A stretch of 64,000 nt of DNA from Camelus dromedarius (taxonomy: Eukaryota), in the NCBI RefSeq assembly GCF_036321535.1, contig NC_087437.1, positions 45,386,001-45,450,000 of the forward strand, given 5' to 3'. Position numbers and translations under genes: made by a program. Shown one piece after another: positions 11,648 to 25,067 of the stretch. Under the pieces are notes generated by a model. That model searched no databases, was not told the DNA's origin, and saw only the letters and a program-made list of their open reading frames with translations. How positions within the stretch are numbered: position 1 is the first letter of the stretch; each line of letters opens with the position of its first letter.

Positions 11648-12369
11648 TCTTAGACGTGCCCCTGTGATCCAGCTGAGAGTCACCACCGCTGCTCACTGCA
11701 GCTCCAGGCCTTTGATTTGGAAACAGCAAGCTCCCCTTCCACCTGTAAAGAAAATGTAAGCCTGGTGTCAAATCTGAGCTCTTGTTTGTTTTCTTTGCAT
11801 CCTCAAATTCTGAGTTTATCTCTTAGAAATGAGGAACCCTGTATAGAAATCCTTTAGTTATCTACTCAAGTTTTAAAATATGTTTTCTTGGTAGAAATCT
11901 GCTTAGCTTTTGACAACACTATTGACTGTCTTTATCTGTCCTCATCATCTTTTATAGTAAACCTAGGTGGGGAAGTTCATAGGGAGGAGAATAGGTAAGT
12001 CCATCTCTCAGTCAGACTCCAAAGGTTCACAAGGTCAGAAGGGCTCATCACACTAATGTCCTTATAGGACAAACATTGCCTTGGGTCGCCTACCAATATC
12101 TTACAAAAACCTTCCTCCACCTTGTCCTGTTTTGTTCATGAGAGCATGGTTCTGAAAGAGCTCTCTTCTTGGAACAGTCCATCTACAAAGAAATGCCCAT
12201 TCATTAGTCTCCGATTGGAGAGAGCCAACTATTAATTTGGAGGCTAAGACACAAAGTGCAACGGGAGCTTATCCAACCAGCGAAGAGCAGATACTCATCA
12301 AGTTCACCTCAATGTAACTTAATACACTCTCTGGGCCAGATTTCTATTTCTTACATTGGTTTGGCACTA

Positions 12370-12760
12370 ACCCCAATGCTTATCTTTCTAAGTTGCCTAA
12401 TTGCACCAAAGGTAGTTAAGACAATACAGTGGATATTTGGGATAATTTTTAATATCAGCAAACTTGTTCACAACAGAAGCATCTTAAAAGAAGAAGGGAG
12501 TAAGACTGAAAGCACCCATTGGATGACATTTTCTTTGGATGAAGAAACACCCCAAACAAATTCAGATTCAAAAACTGTTTCCTAAAAAGAGTTCTTTGCC
12601 AAGACACATGGAAAATGTGAAGAATTCAAATGTATCTACTTTAGATCTCCCAAAATACAACTTGAATGGAACAGCCTCTATCCCACTTGTCTTCTGCCCT
12701 CTCCGTGCTTCTCCAGTACCCTCTGCTCCTTCCTCTCTTAACAACCCAATTTCTTTCTAC
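12370..12760 (+). pseudogene. ERV gag remnant (matrix plus Pro/Ser-rich region with PSAP late-domain-like motif)
   Basis: QWIFGIIFNISKLVHNRSILKEEGSKTESTHW resembles class-I ERV MA (QWP..G.F....L..L...L). A frameshifted Pro/Ser-rich segment follows, SPVPSAPSS, with PSAP at 12719-12730. Confidence 0.6.
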
Positions 12761-12817
12761 CCTGGACAGCCATAAATCCCAAAAGCTCAATTGCCTCCCA
12801 AAGTTAAATGCATTTTA

Positions 12818-13025
12818 TACAGGGTAAATCGCGGTATGGCACAAGCACGTGTTGAACATTCTTATGAGCTGTTACCCACGTATTACTACTACCCCTAGTA
12901 TGTTTTACAAACAACAACATTTTTAAAGCATTATATTTGATATGCTTAATTACACATCTTTCTAGATTTTTGAACAAGGTGCTTCACATTTTTATTTCCT
13001 AAGTCTTACAAATTATGCAGCCAGC
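12818..13025. mobile_element. hAT-Tip100 (MER91/Zaphod-like) DNA transposon remnant inside the provirus
   Basis: tttttgaacaaggtgcttcacatttttatttcc...caaattatgcagccagc resembles the MER91-type terminus. Confidence 0.5.
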
Positions 13026-13097
13026 TTCTATGTTACAGCACAAAGTGTCACAGCAAAAGAAAATGTCAACATATCCATAGAATTCCTCCCTTGCAAT

Positions 13098-13440
13098 TTG
13101 CATAAAATTGTACAGAAAGTGAATCAAAATAGGCCACTTCAGATACAATTCTGGTTTTCTTTTTTTAACTGAAAACATGTGCATCTTAGGGGAAGAATAT
13201 TGTACTTACATTGCTAGAGACCTCTTGGTATGAAAAACAAACAAGAAAGCAAAGAAGGGATGAACTAAAGGATTAGGTCACTTGGTTTATTCCTGCACAG
13301 CTCTCTGTCAGCTCTTCAGATCGGGGATATGTTTTGTTCTCTTCAATTAAGTGACCACTCTTGGTTTCTGGATCAGAAGTAGACTACAAATTCTGGCCAT
13401 AAATATCCTGGTCATATTTGCCTGTCTATTGCTCTCAAAG
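13098..13440 (+). pseudogene. ERV env TM-subunit remnant
   Basis: Frameshifted reads LHKIVQKVNQNRPLQ (ISD-like QNR), LTENMCILGEEYCTYIA (decayed CX6CC, cf. CLFLGEECCYY) and GFWIRSRLQILAINILVIFACLLLSK (membrane anchor), in the expected order. Confidence 0.7.
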
Positions 13441-13673
13441 GTGAGATCTCTAGAGGTTAAAATGCCATTGTGCCACTGCAGTCCCATTAAGTGATTCTGA
13501 AAATAATCATCCAACAAAAAGAGCAGGAAAATGTGCTGCTTATGGAGGTTGAAATCCCCACCACTGGAAACTTGATACCTGATTGCCATCTTTTAAACAA
13601 TGGTTGTAGATCTGATTGATCACTTCCTCAACTCAGATTGAAGAACAAATTCTGGGGAACAGGAAGCAAGAGT

Positions 13674-14229
13674 TGAGAATTGAGACTACCTACAACCACT
13701 TAAATTAACCTCTAGACAGAGAACTGAGGCCACCTGTGTCAACATGACTTCACTACATGTTTTAGGAAATTCTTTCCCAGAAATACAAGCCAGTCAACTG
13801 ATAAATAATATAACTCTTTGTTTCAGAAAATTCCTGCAACTGATTTGTCTGGGAAAATAGTTCACTCATCTGGGAAAACAACTCTCCCTTCAAGACAATC
13901 TATTGCTCACCCGGCAAACAACATGCATATCAAGTAGCAGCTCTAGTACCAAGACTCGCCCCAGCACTCTTGTCTCACTGCCATCAACCTGAAGTTATCA
14001 TAGCACAAAACTTGCTCAGTCCTAATCAGTGTCCTGCCTGGGAAGATCCTAAACCACTCGAGTCAGACTCCATAACTTTTAGAAATATCTTTTCCTTACA
14101 TTCCTTTTGAGACACTACTGTGACTCTATTAGAGAGGTGTTGGTTCTTACTTCAGAAGAAGTAATAAACGTAGCTTTGCTTAACCAGTAGATTTTTTTTG
14201 GCGATCTCTTGAGGAGTTGGCAATCAACA
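13674..14229 (+). mobile_element. 3' LTR of decayed provirus (MER110-like)
   Basis: Preceded by purine-rich PPT-like ggggaacaggaagcaagag. Starts TGAGAATTG, has AATAAA at about 14163, and ends ...caatcaaCA. Confidence 0.75.
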
Positions 14230-16340
14230 GGCACATTTCTATCAAATGGTTAAATTCGTCAACGTAGTAAGGTAAGTAAAAACAGAAAGAAATAAGCAGT
14301 AATTAATGAATGTAACCAAAAATGAGAAAAGAGCTCCTCTGTCATCCTAGACTTACTGCTGAATGACGATGAACACCATTTGATCACACTACCCCAAAAT
14401 TGTGTTTCTCCTCCAATGTTTTAACATCCAATATCTGAAATGAGTTTGGGTGGCAGAGTAATAGTCACAAAGAAACTGTCATCTGGAATGTCCATACAAT
14501 TAAAATTAAATTTATTTCCTGGCTTTTGTGTCAGAAAAGGCAGGAAGATGTCTAATTCTACAATTTATTGCTGCAATTTTGTAAAAGTCACTGATTATTT
14601 CTTTGTTTAGTTCTCCACTTCCAAAATAAGCCAAAAATATCTACCAGAAAATTATAATTGTGATTACCTGCTCTGTATCAGGCAGTGTTCCAGGAAACAG
14701 ATCATGGCCACACAATCATTAAATCAAATAATATATGTAAGATAAATCTGTACATTTTTTTAAGACAAGTAGTAAAGTTTTTTTTTAATTTTTATTATCA
14801 TTAGCAATATTCTCTTGATTCTCTTGTATGCTGAGTCAAAGTGTTTTTAAAAAGGAAAATTATTAAAATCTCCTTTGATGCACAGTTTTTAATTTCCTAT
14901 TTTTAATTACTTTTGGGGGGGATTAAATTACATTTCTCAATTCTTACTCATGAAACATGTGTAACTCCAACTGCCCAGGAATTTACTGATGTTGGAAAAA
15001 ACTGTTGGAATTACACTTTTTATGAAAGCCAGAATTTAACTGAACAGACGAGAATGTGTCCATTTGCCACTGGGAAGGAAAAAACAGATGGAGAACTCTG
15101 TTAAAAATAAGTCCTTGGAAGAATGGTCCTCTGCACTCTTCATTTGAGGATAAAGAGAAAGAAATATTCTGAGGCACCACATACTTAAGGGAGAGAGACC
15201 TAAAAATAACAAGCTGATAAATCCAAGTTGGAGCAGTCACATATTCATGGTGAAAACCAAGAAGCACCACTGAGCCAGGCCTTGTTCTGCCCACTAGCGT
15301 AATAGGCTTCCTGTTCTATTCTGCCAAGACCCATTATTTTCTATGCAAACAAAGGACATTTTCATAGTAAGTTAAGTAGCCTTGTTTTTGAGAGTGAAAG
15401 AAGGGAAAAAATGGGTGAAGTATGCTGGTTGTACACCATCAAGTACTATCCACTATCCAGAAACCACAAAAGAGACCTATGCTCAGTATCATGGAGCACT
15501 CTTAAAAACAGTGTGCTGTGGAAATAAGAAACAGGATCTTATTAATACCATTTATTTAAATTTAAAACAAAAATACATTAAAATGACCTATTTCACAAAT
15601 ATATCTATCAAACCTAGTAGAAGTGGTTGCTTCTGAAAAAGAGAAAAATGAGAGTAACAGGAATAAAGTCAAATAAATAAGTAATTAAATGAGAGAGACT
15701 TTGCACAGACAGATGATAACAGTGTGCCACAAGCAGGAATTAGAATTACGTAAACTCTCTGCATTGATGGTTCCCATTAAAAAAAAAAAAAGTAGAGTAG
15801 GCATTATGGAGATGTAACCAAGGACGTCCGTGACCTACATGGCCAGCAGGTCAAGGTGGGACCACTTAGTGATGTCGATAATTTGAGTCTTGTTCTTAGG
15901 AAACAGGCAACCTTGCAATGTGCAGCCTTCATGGAACAGCAAATGAAAATAAAGGTGGAAAGGCAGAGAGTAAAATGCAGCAAAATGGAGTCTGAATTTA
16001 GTGCAGATAGAGCAAAACCAAAGGGAATTCAGGGAGATGCAGCCACAATGACAAAAACAAACAAACAAACAAGAAACAAAAAACAAGAGAAGGAGAAAGG
16101 AGATGGGGGGGAAAGCTGCAAAAATGAAGTGAAGAGAGAATGCAGAAGAAAGGGGAAATGGTTCTAAGAGTTAGGGCAGGCAAACTATAAGGCCCATGTG
16201 CTTATAGAGACATTTAGGGAATTTCTTAGAGTCCCTTGAAAGATAAAATTTAATGTTGAAGGCACAAAGCATTTTGTTTTGTTTTGTTTCATGGTTTGTT
16301 TTAATTCCAAGCAGAGTTTTATTAAAGTGGATGGCTGAGT

Positions 16341-16533
16341 CGATGGTTTTCTCATTGTAGCATGTGTCATAATCCCCTGGATAGCTTGTTAAAGGACAGC
16401 TTGCCGGGACCCATCCCAGAGTTTCTGCTTCAGTAGGTCTGGGCTGTGCTCTGAAAATCTCCATTTCTAACAAGTTCCCAGAGACTGATGACACATATGT
16501 TGCTGGTCCTGGGACCACCCTTTGAGAACTACT
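16341..16533. mobile_element. MER5A hAT-Charlie MITE
   Basis: cccagagtttctgcttcagtaggtctgggc...atttctaacaagttcccag...gctggtcctgggaccaccctttgagaactact. Confidence 0.9.
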
Positions 16534-16914
16534 CAAAATGTTAAGAACAACTAGTCCATGTAGGTATTTATAAAATAATTAGCTCATGGCATTGTATTGG
16601 CCCTGAGGAAGATTTTCCAGTAACAAAGCCTTTGCTTAGTAAATAACCAGCAGTTCAAGTTCTTAAAGCGGGAATCCTCATGGCTACCTTATTTCTAAGA
16701 AACAAATTAGCTCACAGTGAAGAAAGAAAGAAAAAAGAGAAGAAAAGAGAAGGGCAATAAGAGGATATGATTTGGAGAAGCCTTGGTTTGAAGACTAAGA
16801 AAAATTTTGAAAAGTGATCCAGACTTTGAAGCCAGGACTTGAGATACAACATAAGGAGTAATAAGGCTGCTGGAGTGGAGATCACAGGGCATCCACCAGA
16901 AAGCCCCAGGACCA

Positions 16915-17615
16915 TGGAATGTTAAGAGCATACGTTTAAGGACTAGTGGACCAAGGTCCAGGTCCTGGCTCTGTCATTTTGTTCTGTAGGCAGGTTATTC
17001 AGCATTCTACGGTTTGGTTTCCTTATTTAAAAATAGGGATGATAATACACACCTCTATTAATTAGGATAGGTAATTTTCTATAACAAACATCAATCCCCA
17101 AATCTCGGTGACTTGACACAATAAGTAGATTTCTGGCTAACACAAATTTCAATGTAACCCTTCCTGACTGGGGAGATCTTTAAGGCAACTTCCTTCTTCC
17201 AGTGACTCAGAGACACAAGCTGATTTCGTCTTGTGATTCCACCATTCTTGGGGCTTCAGGGGTGTCCTAATGTCATCTCAACAGCAACTGAGGAGGAGGC
17301 AGGTGGAAGGAAGTGAAAACACGAAGCACTGCACAACAATACTTACCCTCCTACATTAGCAGTGATGCTCCTCACTCTTGTTGACGTTTCCATGGTAAGA
17401 ACCAGTCCCATGGCCACACTTTGATGCAAAAGGGACTAGAAATGTAGTCCTGAACAGGTAGCAATTTCCCCACACAAATCTACACTGTGGAATGGGAGCA
17501 TGAATATTCTTGCCGACTAGCCATCTCTGCCACACCGGCTCCCAGCATTGTTTAAATGTTAAAATAAACCACTAAATATAAAGTGCTTAGGACATAGTGA
17601 TGCTGGCTATTATTC
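16915..17615 (+). mobile_element. MIR SINE split by an MLT1 LTR
   Basis: gttaagagca...tttccttatttaaaaatagggatgataatac precedes the LTR; aagtgcttaggacatagtg follows it. Confidence 0.65.
17056..17534 (-). mobile_element. MaLR LTR (old MLT1, J/K-like)
   Basis: ataacaaac...ccccaaatctcggtgacttgacacaataag...gcaaaagggactagaaatgtagtc...ctagccatctctgccaca. Confidence 0.8.
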
Positions 17616-17776
17616 TGACTTTCTGGATTTTTTTAAATGGCCAATGACTATGGCCAGGTGTCAGAGTATTAAAAGACAGACGAGAAATTTTTAAGACTGT
17701 AAGATGTCATTCTAACCCAAAGAGTATACACCAGTTCCCTTTGAGCAAAAATTGGTTATTAAAGCCTAAACCCATT

Positions 17777-19660
17777 CTTTTAACTTATTATAAATATTTC
17801 TAAACCTGCTAGGACTAAAGAGAACAGCAGAATAAATAACCCTCATGTACCAACCTCCCAGTTTCAACAATTATCAACACTTTTCATCTATCCACCACTT
17901 TTATTTTAAAGTTAATTTGTTACTGTATTTTTCATCTCTATATGATTCAGTATTATTACTCATAAATAATGCCTTACACCAAATGAAATTTATATTAATT
18001 TCTTAGCAATAGCTAATACTCGGACTTAGTTCCCTCATTACATCAAAAACATCCTTTTAGAGTTGGTTAATTGGAGTTGCAATTTAAATAAATTCCTCAC
18101 ATTTCATTTGGTTGATATGACCATTGAGTCTCTTTAAACAGAGAACATTTTCACCTACCAACCAGTTTTTATTTTACTGCTGTTTATTTGTTGAGGAAAA
18201 TGAAGCATTTGTCCCAAAGAAATTCCTATTTTCTGGATTTGAATGATTGCATCCATGTTGTGTCATTTAACATGAAACTTCATGTCCTCTATTTCATGTA
18301 AACCAGTTGACAGATTCTAAAGGTTTCATTAAATGGAAATCTTTTCTGCAGATTATTACATGGGTGGTTGTTCTGTGTCCTTCTGAGTGTGTCACTTCAG
18401 AAGGTACATACAGACCGACTGATCCTTTGGTGATGCTAAGATTGATCAGTGGGTTCAGCTGATGTTAGCCTAATCTTCCTCTAACAAGTTTCTCATCAAT
18501 CTGTCATTCAGCGGTTTTAGCAGCCACTCATGTTCACTGCCTAGAACCAATCGATGATGTTGATTTTATGGAGAATGTCTGCCCTTAACCATTGGAATTC
18601 TCTCATCAAGAACTGTTTATTAACATTTAATTCATTCTAAAGTACCATTCAAGCAGGTATTCGTTTTCCAAATAGTGAACTGGTGCCCTAGAAATCTTCA
18701 ATGGTCACAGTGAGTTCTCTTTTTGCACTATTATATATTCATGGATTTTTATATAATTGATGTGTTTTCATGCATTTTGAGTATTACTGCTCTAAGGCTG
18801 AAGTTCTCCTACTGTTGGCCAGTGTGTGCTCCATCGAGACGGCGCTTAAGTCCATGTGTAACTCCGCTTGTCTTTGATAGGAAACCTTGCTCTCTGTCAT
18901 GTCCCCATCATGTCCCCAAGCTGGTCTTGAACATTTTCTAACCCAGACCTGAAATGAGTCACTTCTGTGAGGTAAAATTGTATTTCAGAGGTATAATGTA
19001 GATTCTAGGAGTGCACATCACAGGTACATATATATATTTCCTGTTCAAATTTAAAAATACAGGGTTTCTAGTTAAGTGTTTAAATTTATCTTTGAACCTC
19101 CTTTTTCTTATGCTGACAATCTTAACTCCTAATCATATAAACTTAATTACTTATTTGCTTTATCCTATGATATAATGATAGTCATACAATCCATAAAAAT
19201 AATTTCAAAATGACCATACTAATATTGCTACAAACCTTAAGTTTGCTGAAAGCAGTCTAAAATTTGTGTGATCATTTTAATCTTTATAATATAATCCAGT
19301 AAGGATACATAATCAATATATTGTGCTACAAAATCACTTGCAACATTTTTCTCTGTGTGGTTGTGCCACCATCTTTGTTTCCGTCTATTTTAGATTTTAA
19401 GGACTACTCTTTCTTTAATACAAATGTTTTACAACACCTACATTTACATGCTTCAAAAATCAAACAAACATGGTCCAAAATCAAATTCTAAACATCAGAA
19501 ATTAGACACTGAGAGAGACTAATTTCAAGCGCTTTCCCCCTACAGCCCATTTCTGCACTTTCTATACAATCTTTTTTGTTAGCTTTTGGTTTACTGTATC
19601 TTTTTGATAACACAAACAAATGCCTATAAATAACTATGTATTTCTCCTCATTTTGCAACA
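17777..19660 (-). mobile_element. Old LINE-1 3'UTR (L1MC/ME-like)
   Basis: aaccctcatgtaccaacctcccagtttcaacaattatcaac...gatgctaagattgatcagtgggttcag...cccagacctgaaatgagtcacttct, typical of antisense L1MC4/5. Confidence 0.75.
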
Positions 19661-20579
19661 AATCCCATTGGTCCCTAATTATCATGAGCCTGGGTGTTGC
19701 TCCCACAATCCTCCCCCTGTTGCCTTTGTCTTCAGAAGAGTAGCAGCACTAACCAAGATCATTCAGAGTAACATTAAACACTGAGCAGGCTTCCTCCCCA
19801 ACAGGTATAATTAAAGGGTCACCACTGACAGACCTCAAATTTGAAAGATGCCGTGTAGCTTCAGAATTGAATGGCACTGGCGATGTGTCATGTGCCAGAA
19901 ACTTATTCTGTTATGAAGCACACCCATAAAGCTGTAGCTAAACTTTGAGAAATATACCTAATATTTTGGTGGATCTTTCTGGCAGCTTTCAAGTGGCCAA
20001 TCATAAGAGAAATCATTTGTTTCATTAATTTATTGTAGAAATACTTTAAAAAATAGCTTTTTCATGAAACATTGAATAAACCTAAGAAAAGATACCTATG
20101 AGTCCCAATCACACAGCAATGATACTAAATGGTATGATGTGTATGAACAGAGGAATCTCTTTTTTAACGTGACCTCCTGCTGTTTCCCTAGCTCCATTCT
20201 TTATGTGTTATCAACTCGTAACAAAATCATTGGTAAGAAATATAATTTCAAAAATTAAATTTAATTTAAAAATAAATTAAATTAAAATAAAAAGAAATGA
20301 AATCATTGGCTTTATTCACTGACCATTATACATGTGTATAACCAATTCAGTTTCAGAAATATGTATTGAATAGGTTATCTGTACTGTTCACTATATTAGG
20401 CACTGAGAACAGAAAGATGAGGGATATTTGGTCTTCAATCTTGTCCTTGGACATAAAGAATAACACAAATAAATAATTTCAAAATAACATGCAAACTGTT
20501 GTGATAATAAAAATGATCTGGGTCCATGCATGTGTTGCTGGAAAAGGTATTGATAGTGGACTGTAAGCAGGTCAGGTCT

Positions 20580-20922
20580 GAGTCCTCCAAGCTTTTGCTC
20601 AAATATCACCTTCTCAATAGGACTTTCCTGACTTTAAATTTACAACCCTACCTCATCACCCCAGCATTCCCTACCTTCATGACCTCTTTAATATTCCGTC
20701 ATAACATTTATTGCTCTCAAATATATATGAAATTTATATATTACTTGATTTTCTTTTATCTCCCTCTAAAATGTAAGCTCAGTGACAGCAGGAGTTTTTG
20801 GGGTTTTTTGGGTTTTTTTTTTAGAAGTTTGTTCTTGCTCATTACTGTGTCATCAACACCAAAACAGTACCTGGCACAGAGTTGGCACTCAGGAAATATT
20901 TCATGACTAAATTGATGAGATG
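20580..20922 (+). mobile_element. LINE-2 3' end
   Basis: gctcaaatatcaccttctca...aaatgtaagctc...aacagtacctggcacagagttggcactcaggaaatattt. Confidence 0.85.
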
Positions 20923-21099
20923 AATTTCTTGTTATTTTTCTTACCGGCTATTAATAGTAGATTCAGCAGTATTCTACACAAGTGCAGTCTAAATATTTTA
21001 GAGATACTAATCAACATGCATAAATAAGGTACAGGTGAACAAGGTTTCAAGTCTAGTGGACTGGGATTTTGTACCCTTTGGGATGATGCCTAGGGCTTG

Positions 21100-22022
21100 G
21101 TTCAATTCTAATTTAATTCTGTTGTGTTCAGAGGACATAGTTTGCATGACTTTGGTCATTTTAAATTCATTGAAATTTGTTTTGCAGACTAACACTTTAT
21201 CTAATCTGGATATTCACCATGTGCATTTGAAAAGAATACGTGTCCAACTGATGAGTGACTGGAGTGCTTCATAAATGTCAGGTAGGTCAAGGTGGTGGTT
21301 AGTGTCGTTCAGTCTTCTATATCCTTGCTGACCTTCTGTCTAGTTCATCCATTTTTGAGAGTGGAGTGTAAAAGTCTCCAGTTATTACTGTTCAGATGTC
21401 TGTTTCTCCTTTCACTTCGTTAGCTTTTGCGTTACATATTCAGGGGCACTCTCATTAGGTGTGTATATTTAGTATTATTATAACTTTCTGAAAAAATGAC
21501 CCTTCTATCACTGCAAAATGTTCCTCTTTGTAGTCATGAATCTGTCTTAAAGTCAATTTTGTCTAACATTAATGTAGTCATTCCAGATCCTTGATGGTTA
21601 CTGTTTGCATGGTATATTTTTTCCATCCTTTCACTTTCAATGTAATTCCATTTAAATCTACAATGTGTTTCTTACAGAGAGCATTGAGTTGGACCTTTCT
21701 TTGTTTTCAGTCTGACAATGTCTACATTGGGTTTGGGTACTTAGTCTGCTCACATTTTATGTAATTATTGGTATGGCTGAATTTATGTCTGCCATTTTGC
21801 TATTTATTATCAAAGTGGATGCAGCGATGGTGTAAGAATGCTTTGGATTCCCACTTTCCTTATCTGAAGGGTTAACTTTTCACTAACCAGTGCTTCTCAT
21901 TTTGTTTTAAATCATTGTCAATTTCCAGGGCTCTGGTCGTTTTTGATCATTTTCTATAGTTTTATAGTTGCTTTCTGAATAAAGAATATGGTATCCTCTT
22001 CATTCTGCCATCCTGGAAATCT
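21100..22022 (-). mobile_element. Old LINE-1 fragment (ORF2 endonuclease region, plus probable 5' piece)
   Basis: Minus translation KTNFNEFKMTKVMQTMSSEHNRIKLEL resembles L1 EN (..SDHN.IKLE). Typical antisense ttactgtttgcatggtatattttttccatcctttcactttcaa. Confidence 0.85.
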
Positions 22023-22184
22023 CTAACTTTGACGCTTTTGCAATAGTTCAGGAATAAAACAAAGATAGAGTGACCTAGGAATGAATACTGACAATGGTTA
22101 AAGAATGGACTTCATAAATATTTAAAAGGTAAAGTAGGCAAAACTTGAAGAATAACTGCAGTTGAGAAGAATGAATTCCACGTC

Positions 22185-22372
22185 AATAGAATATAATGAT
22201 TAAAATCATAGGTTTAAATCCTAAGTCTGGCACTTTGGGCTGGGTGATGTTTTGGACCCTGTTTCCTCATTTGAAAAACAGTGATAATGATCATTCTGGT
22301 GTGAGGACTTAATACAACAATGCATGTAAGACTGTGTGCACAGTAACTGACGTCTTGTAATTTCTTAAAAGT
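22185..22372 (+). mobile_element. MIR SINE
   Basis: gtttcctcatttgaaaaacagtgataatg...gtgaggacttaatacaacaatgcatgtaag. Confidence 0.75.
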
Positions 22373-23489
22373 TGTACCTATGACTAACCATTAGTAGGTC
22401 ATCCTCTGCTCCTATCAGACTTTTTGTTAAAAACCATTGAAAACTGATCACATCCACCCAGGGCATGATCCATAAAACTCTGTAAGAAATTTGGGTACTT
22501 CTATTTTCTCAGTTATCACCAATGAGATAAATTTAAGAACATTCTTAAAACAATAAAAAACATACTACTTTCTATACTAAAATTTCTAAGTGTGTTATGG
22601 CGTAACTGTCACTTAAATTAGAAAAGAATATGATATTTTTTACGAAAAGCTGTCAATTAACTTTAAAATAGCTGTCAAATTTTTCTCCCTATTTAATATA
22701 TTCCAAAGGGGTTTTAAAAATAACATTTATTTCCCTCCCAATCTTCCTCATTCCTTCAGCAAACACTGATTATTTTCCCTAGTGTCCTGAATAGAGATTG
22801 AAATCAATGTGGATTTAGGGTTTATTATTTGATTAGTGCACCTGAATCATTAATGACATGAGCTCAACTCTTAAAATAGTTTGAATAAAGAGCTGCTGTC
22901 ACAGACCACGCAAAGGGAGACCAACAATGGAAACCTTCATTTCTACACATTAATATTAACTAGTAACTCATGCCCTAGACCTTATTTCAGTAGAAAAATT
23001 AAATGAATTCTAAAACACATCATGATGGTCATGTTTTTATTTATTCTTAGTTATCTATAATTTATATTTCCCATCTATCCAAAATATATTTGAAATTCCT
23101 TTTAAAAAGCACACAAGAACATAAATGATAAAATCAAAATGAGATTAGGAAAGAAAGAGCAAAAAGAGATTATTCTACCCAGAGTCAGAGGTCAGAAGGT
23201 CACTAAGATTGAGCATTTCTTTTCCTGGCAGCCAAGAGAAAAAGTGAAATAATGGATCACATATTCTCATTTCTGATTAAAGGAAATGTAATAGTTCTGC
23301 AAATAGACAGAAATTTTCCTTACACTAAATCTTGAAGGAATTCAGTTGGACAGGACCTGTATAAGACATGTTGTGTAACATATAAAACAAAGATTTCCTT
23401 AGTAGTTTGCAACAAATGAAAACATACTCTTTACATAGTCATTGCTCAACGACTGCTTAATTAAAAGCCAGGGAAACAAATATTAGTCC

Positions 23490-24182
23490 AGAGAATGCCT
23501 TTAATAATAACATCAACTATCACTTAAATCTCCACATCTAATAGACTCTGCAGACCCATCTCATCCAATTCTTTCAAGAGCAATGTCTGTTCGTGGAACT
23601 CTCCTCTGTAGCTTCCCACAGACTACTCCCTCCAGATTACCTCTTTCTCTGATCACTTTTGTCCTGGTGTACCCAAAAGTCCTATCCTTGGATTTTTCTT
23701 ACTCCACGTGTTTATCTTGAGAAATTTCACTAATACTCAGGCCAACTACAAACCAATGATGCAAACATGCAAATAACCTTCCTGGGGCTCTTTCCTTAGG
23801 TCCAGTTCCTTCACATCAGTTCCCAAATGTTTGATATTTATTTATTTAGATTTAGGTATCTAAAATTTATTAGGTTCCTATCAAAACCTATTTTCCATTT
23901 GTATTCTCTACCTTGAAAATTCATACCATTACCCACATTTTACCAGCTCCTTCTCACTCCTGTCTCCTTACTCGTTTCCATTTCTATGTGATCCTTCTCA
24001 TCCTCACTGCGACTTACTTCAGACTCTTATTATCCTTCACCTTTTTATCTGTGTGCAAGTCTCTCTTGTCAGCAGGGAGTTCTTTGAAGACAGGGGCCTG
24101 ATTCACCTTTAACTCCAGTACCAAGTACAAGTGGAACCCAAAATGCTATTTGTTAAGTAAATACATGTTTACTGAATGAATA
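23490..24182 (+). mobile_element. LINE-2 fragments
   Basis: Pyrimidine-rich L2-like body ending gggagttctttgaagacagggg...tactgaatgaat. Confidence 0.6.
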
Positions 24183-24691
24183 GAGAAATAATCACATGAG
24201 GAGGTAATGAAAGTACCTGTTATGTTCTTCACATCATATTTTATCAGCTCTAAGAGGTTCAATTGTAAGAGGCATCATTATTTTATGAGCCATTAAACTA
24301 AAAGAGAAAATGTTGAAAGATATCATTGCTTGTAAAACATATTCTAGATTCAGATATGGGAAAATATGAACAAAAACAAATGTATCTTAGAATTGATGAA
24401 ATATATGTTATGTAAGTTAAATTATATCACTTTACAATGATCACTGAAAAACATGACAAACAAAAAAAACAACTAATGAGCTTTAATTCTCAGAATAACT
24501 GGCTGATAGCACAATCCCTTAAGCACCTCCTCCTCTGGTTGCCTTGTACAGCCCTGTTCAGCTCAGTTTGGATCATAATGGTATCAGACACTTTATGTTG
24601 TTAATTAAAGCAAGAGTCACATACTCCAGGTGCTGCTTCTCCTTTCTTCTCCTCCAGGTTCTACTGTGACTATCACCATGCCCAGAGAGTC

Positions 24692-25067
24692 TGTCAGAAT
24701 CTGCCTGGGCTGCCGTCACAAAATACCATCACTCGATGGGTGGTTTAAACAACAGAAGTCTACTTCCTCACAGGTCTTAAGGCTGGAAGTCTGAGATCAG
24801 GGTGCATGGTCAGCTTCTAGTGAGAGCTCTCTGCCTGGCTTGCAGGGGGCTACCTTCTCACTGTGTTTTCACAAGTCAGAGAGAGAAAGCTCTGTTTTCC
24901 CTTCCTTTTCTTATCAGGACACTAATCCCTTCACTGGGGCCCCACCCTCATGACCTAATCTAACCCTAATTATCTCTTAAAGGCCCCACCTCCAAATACT
25001 ATCACATTGAGGGGTCAGTGCTTCCACATACCAGTTTTGAGGGGACATAAATATTCAGTCCATAACA
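24692..25067 (-). mobile_element. MLT1A-like MaLR solo LTR
   Basis: Reverse complement begins TGTTATGGACTGAATATTTATGTCCCC. 5-bp TSD gagtc/gggtc (one mismatch). Confidence 0.92.
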
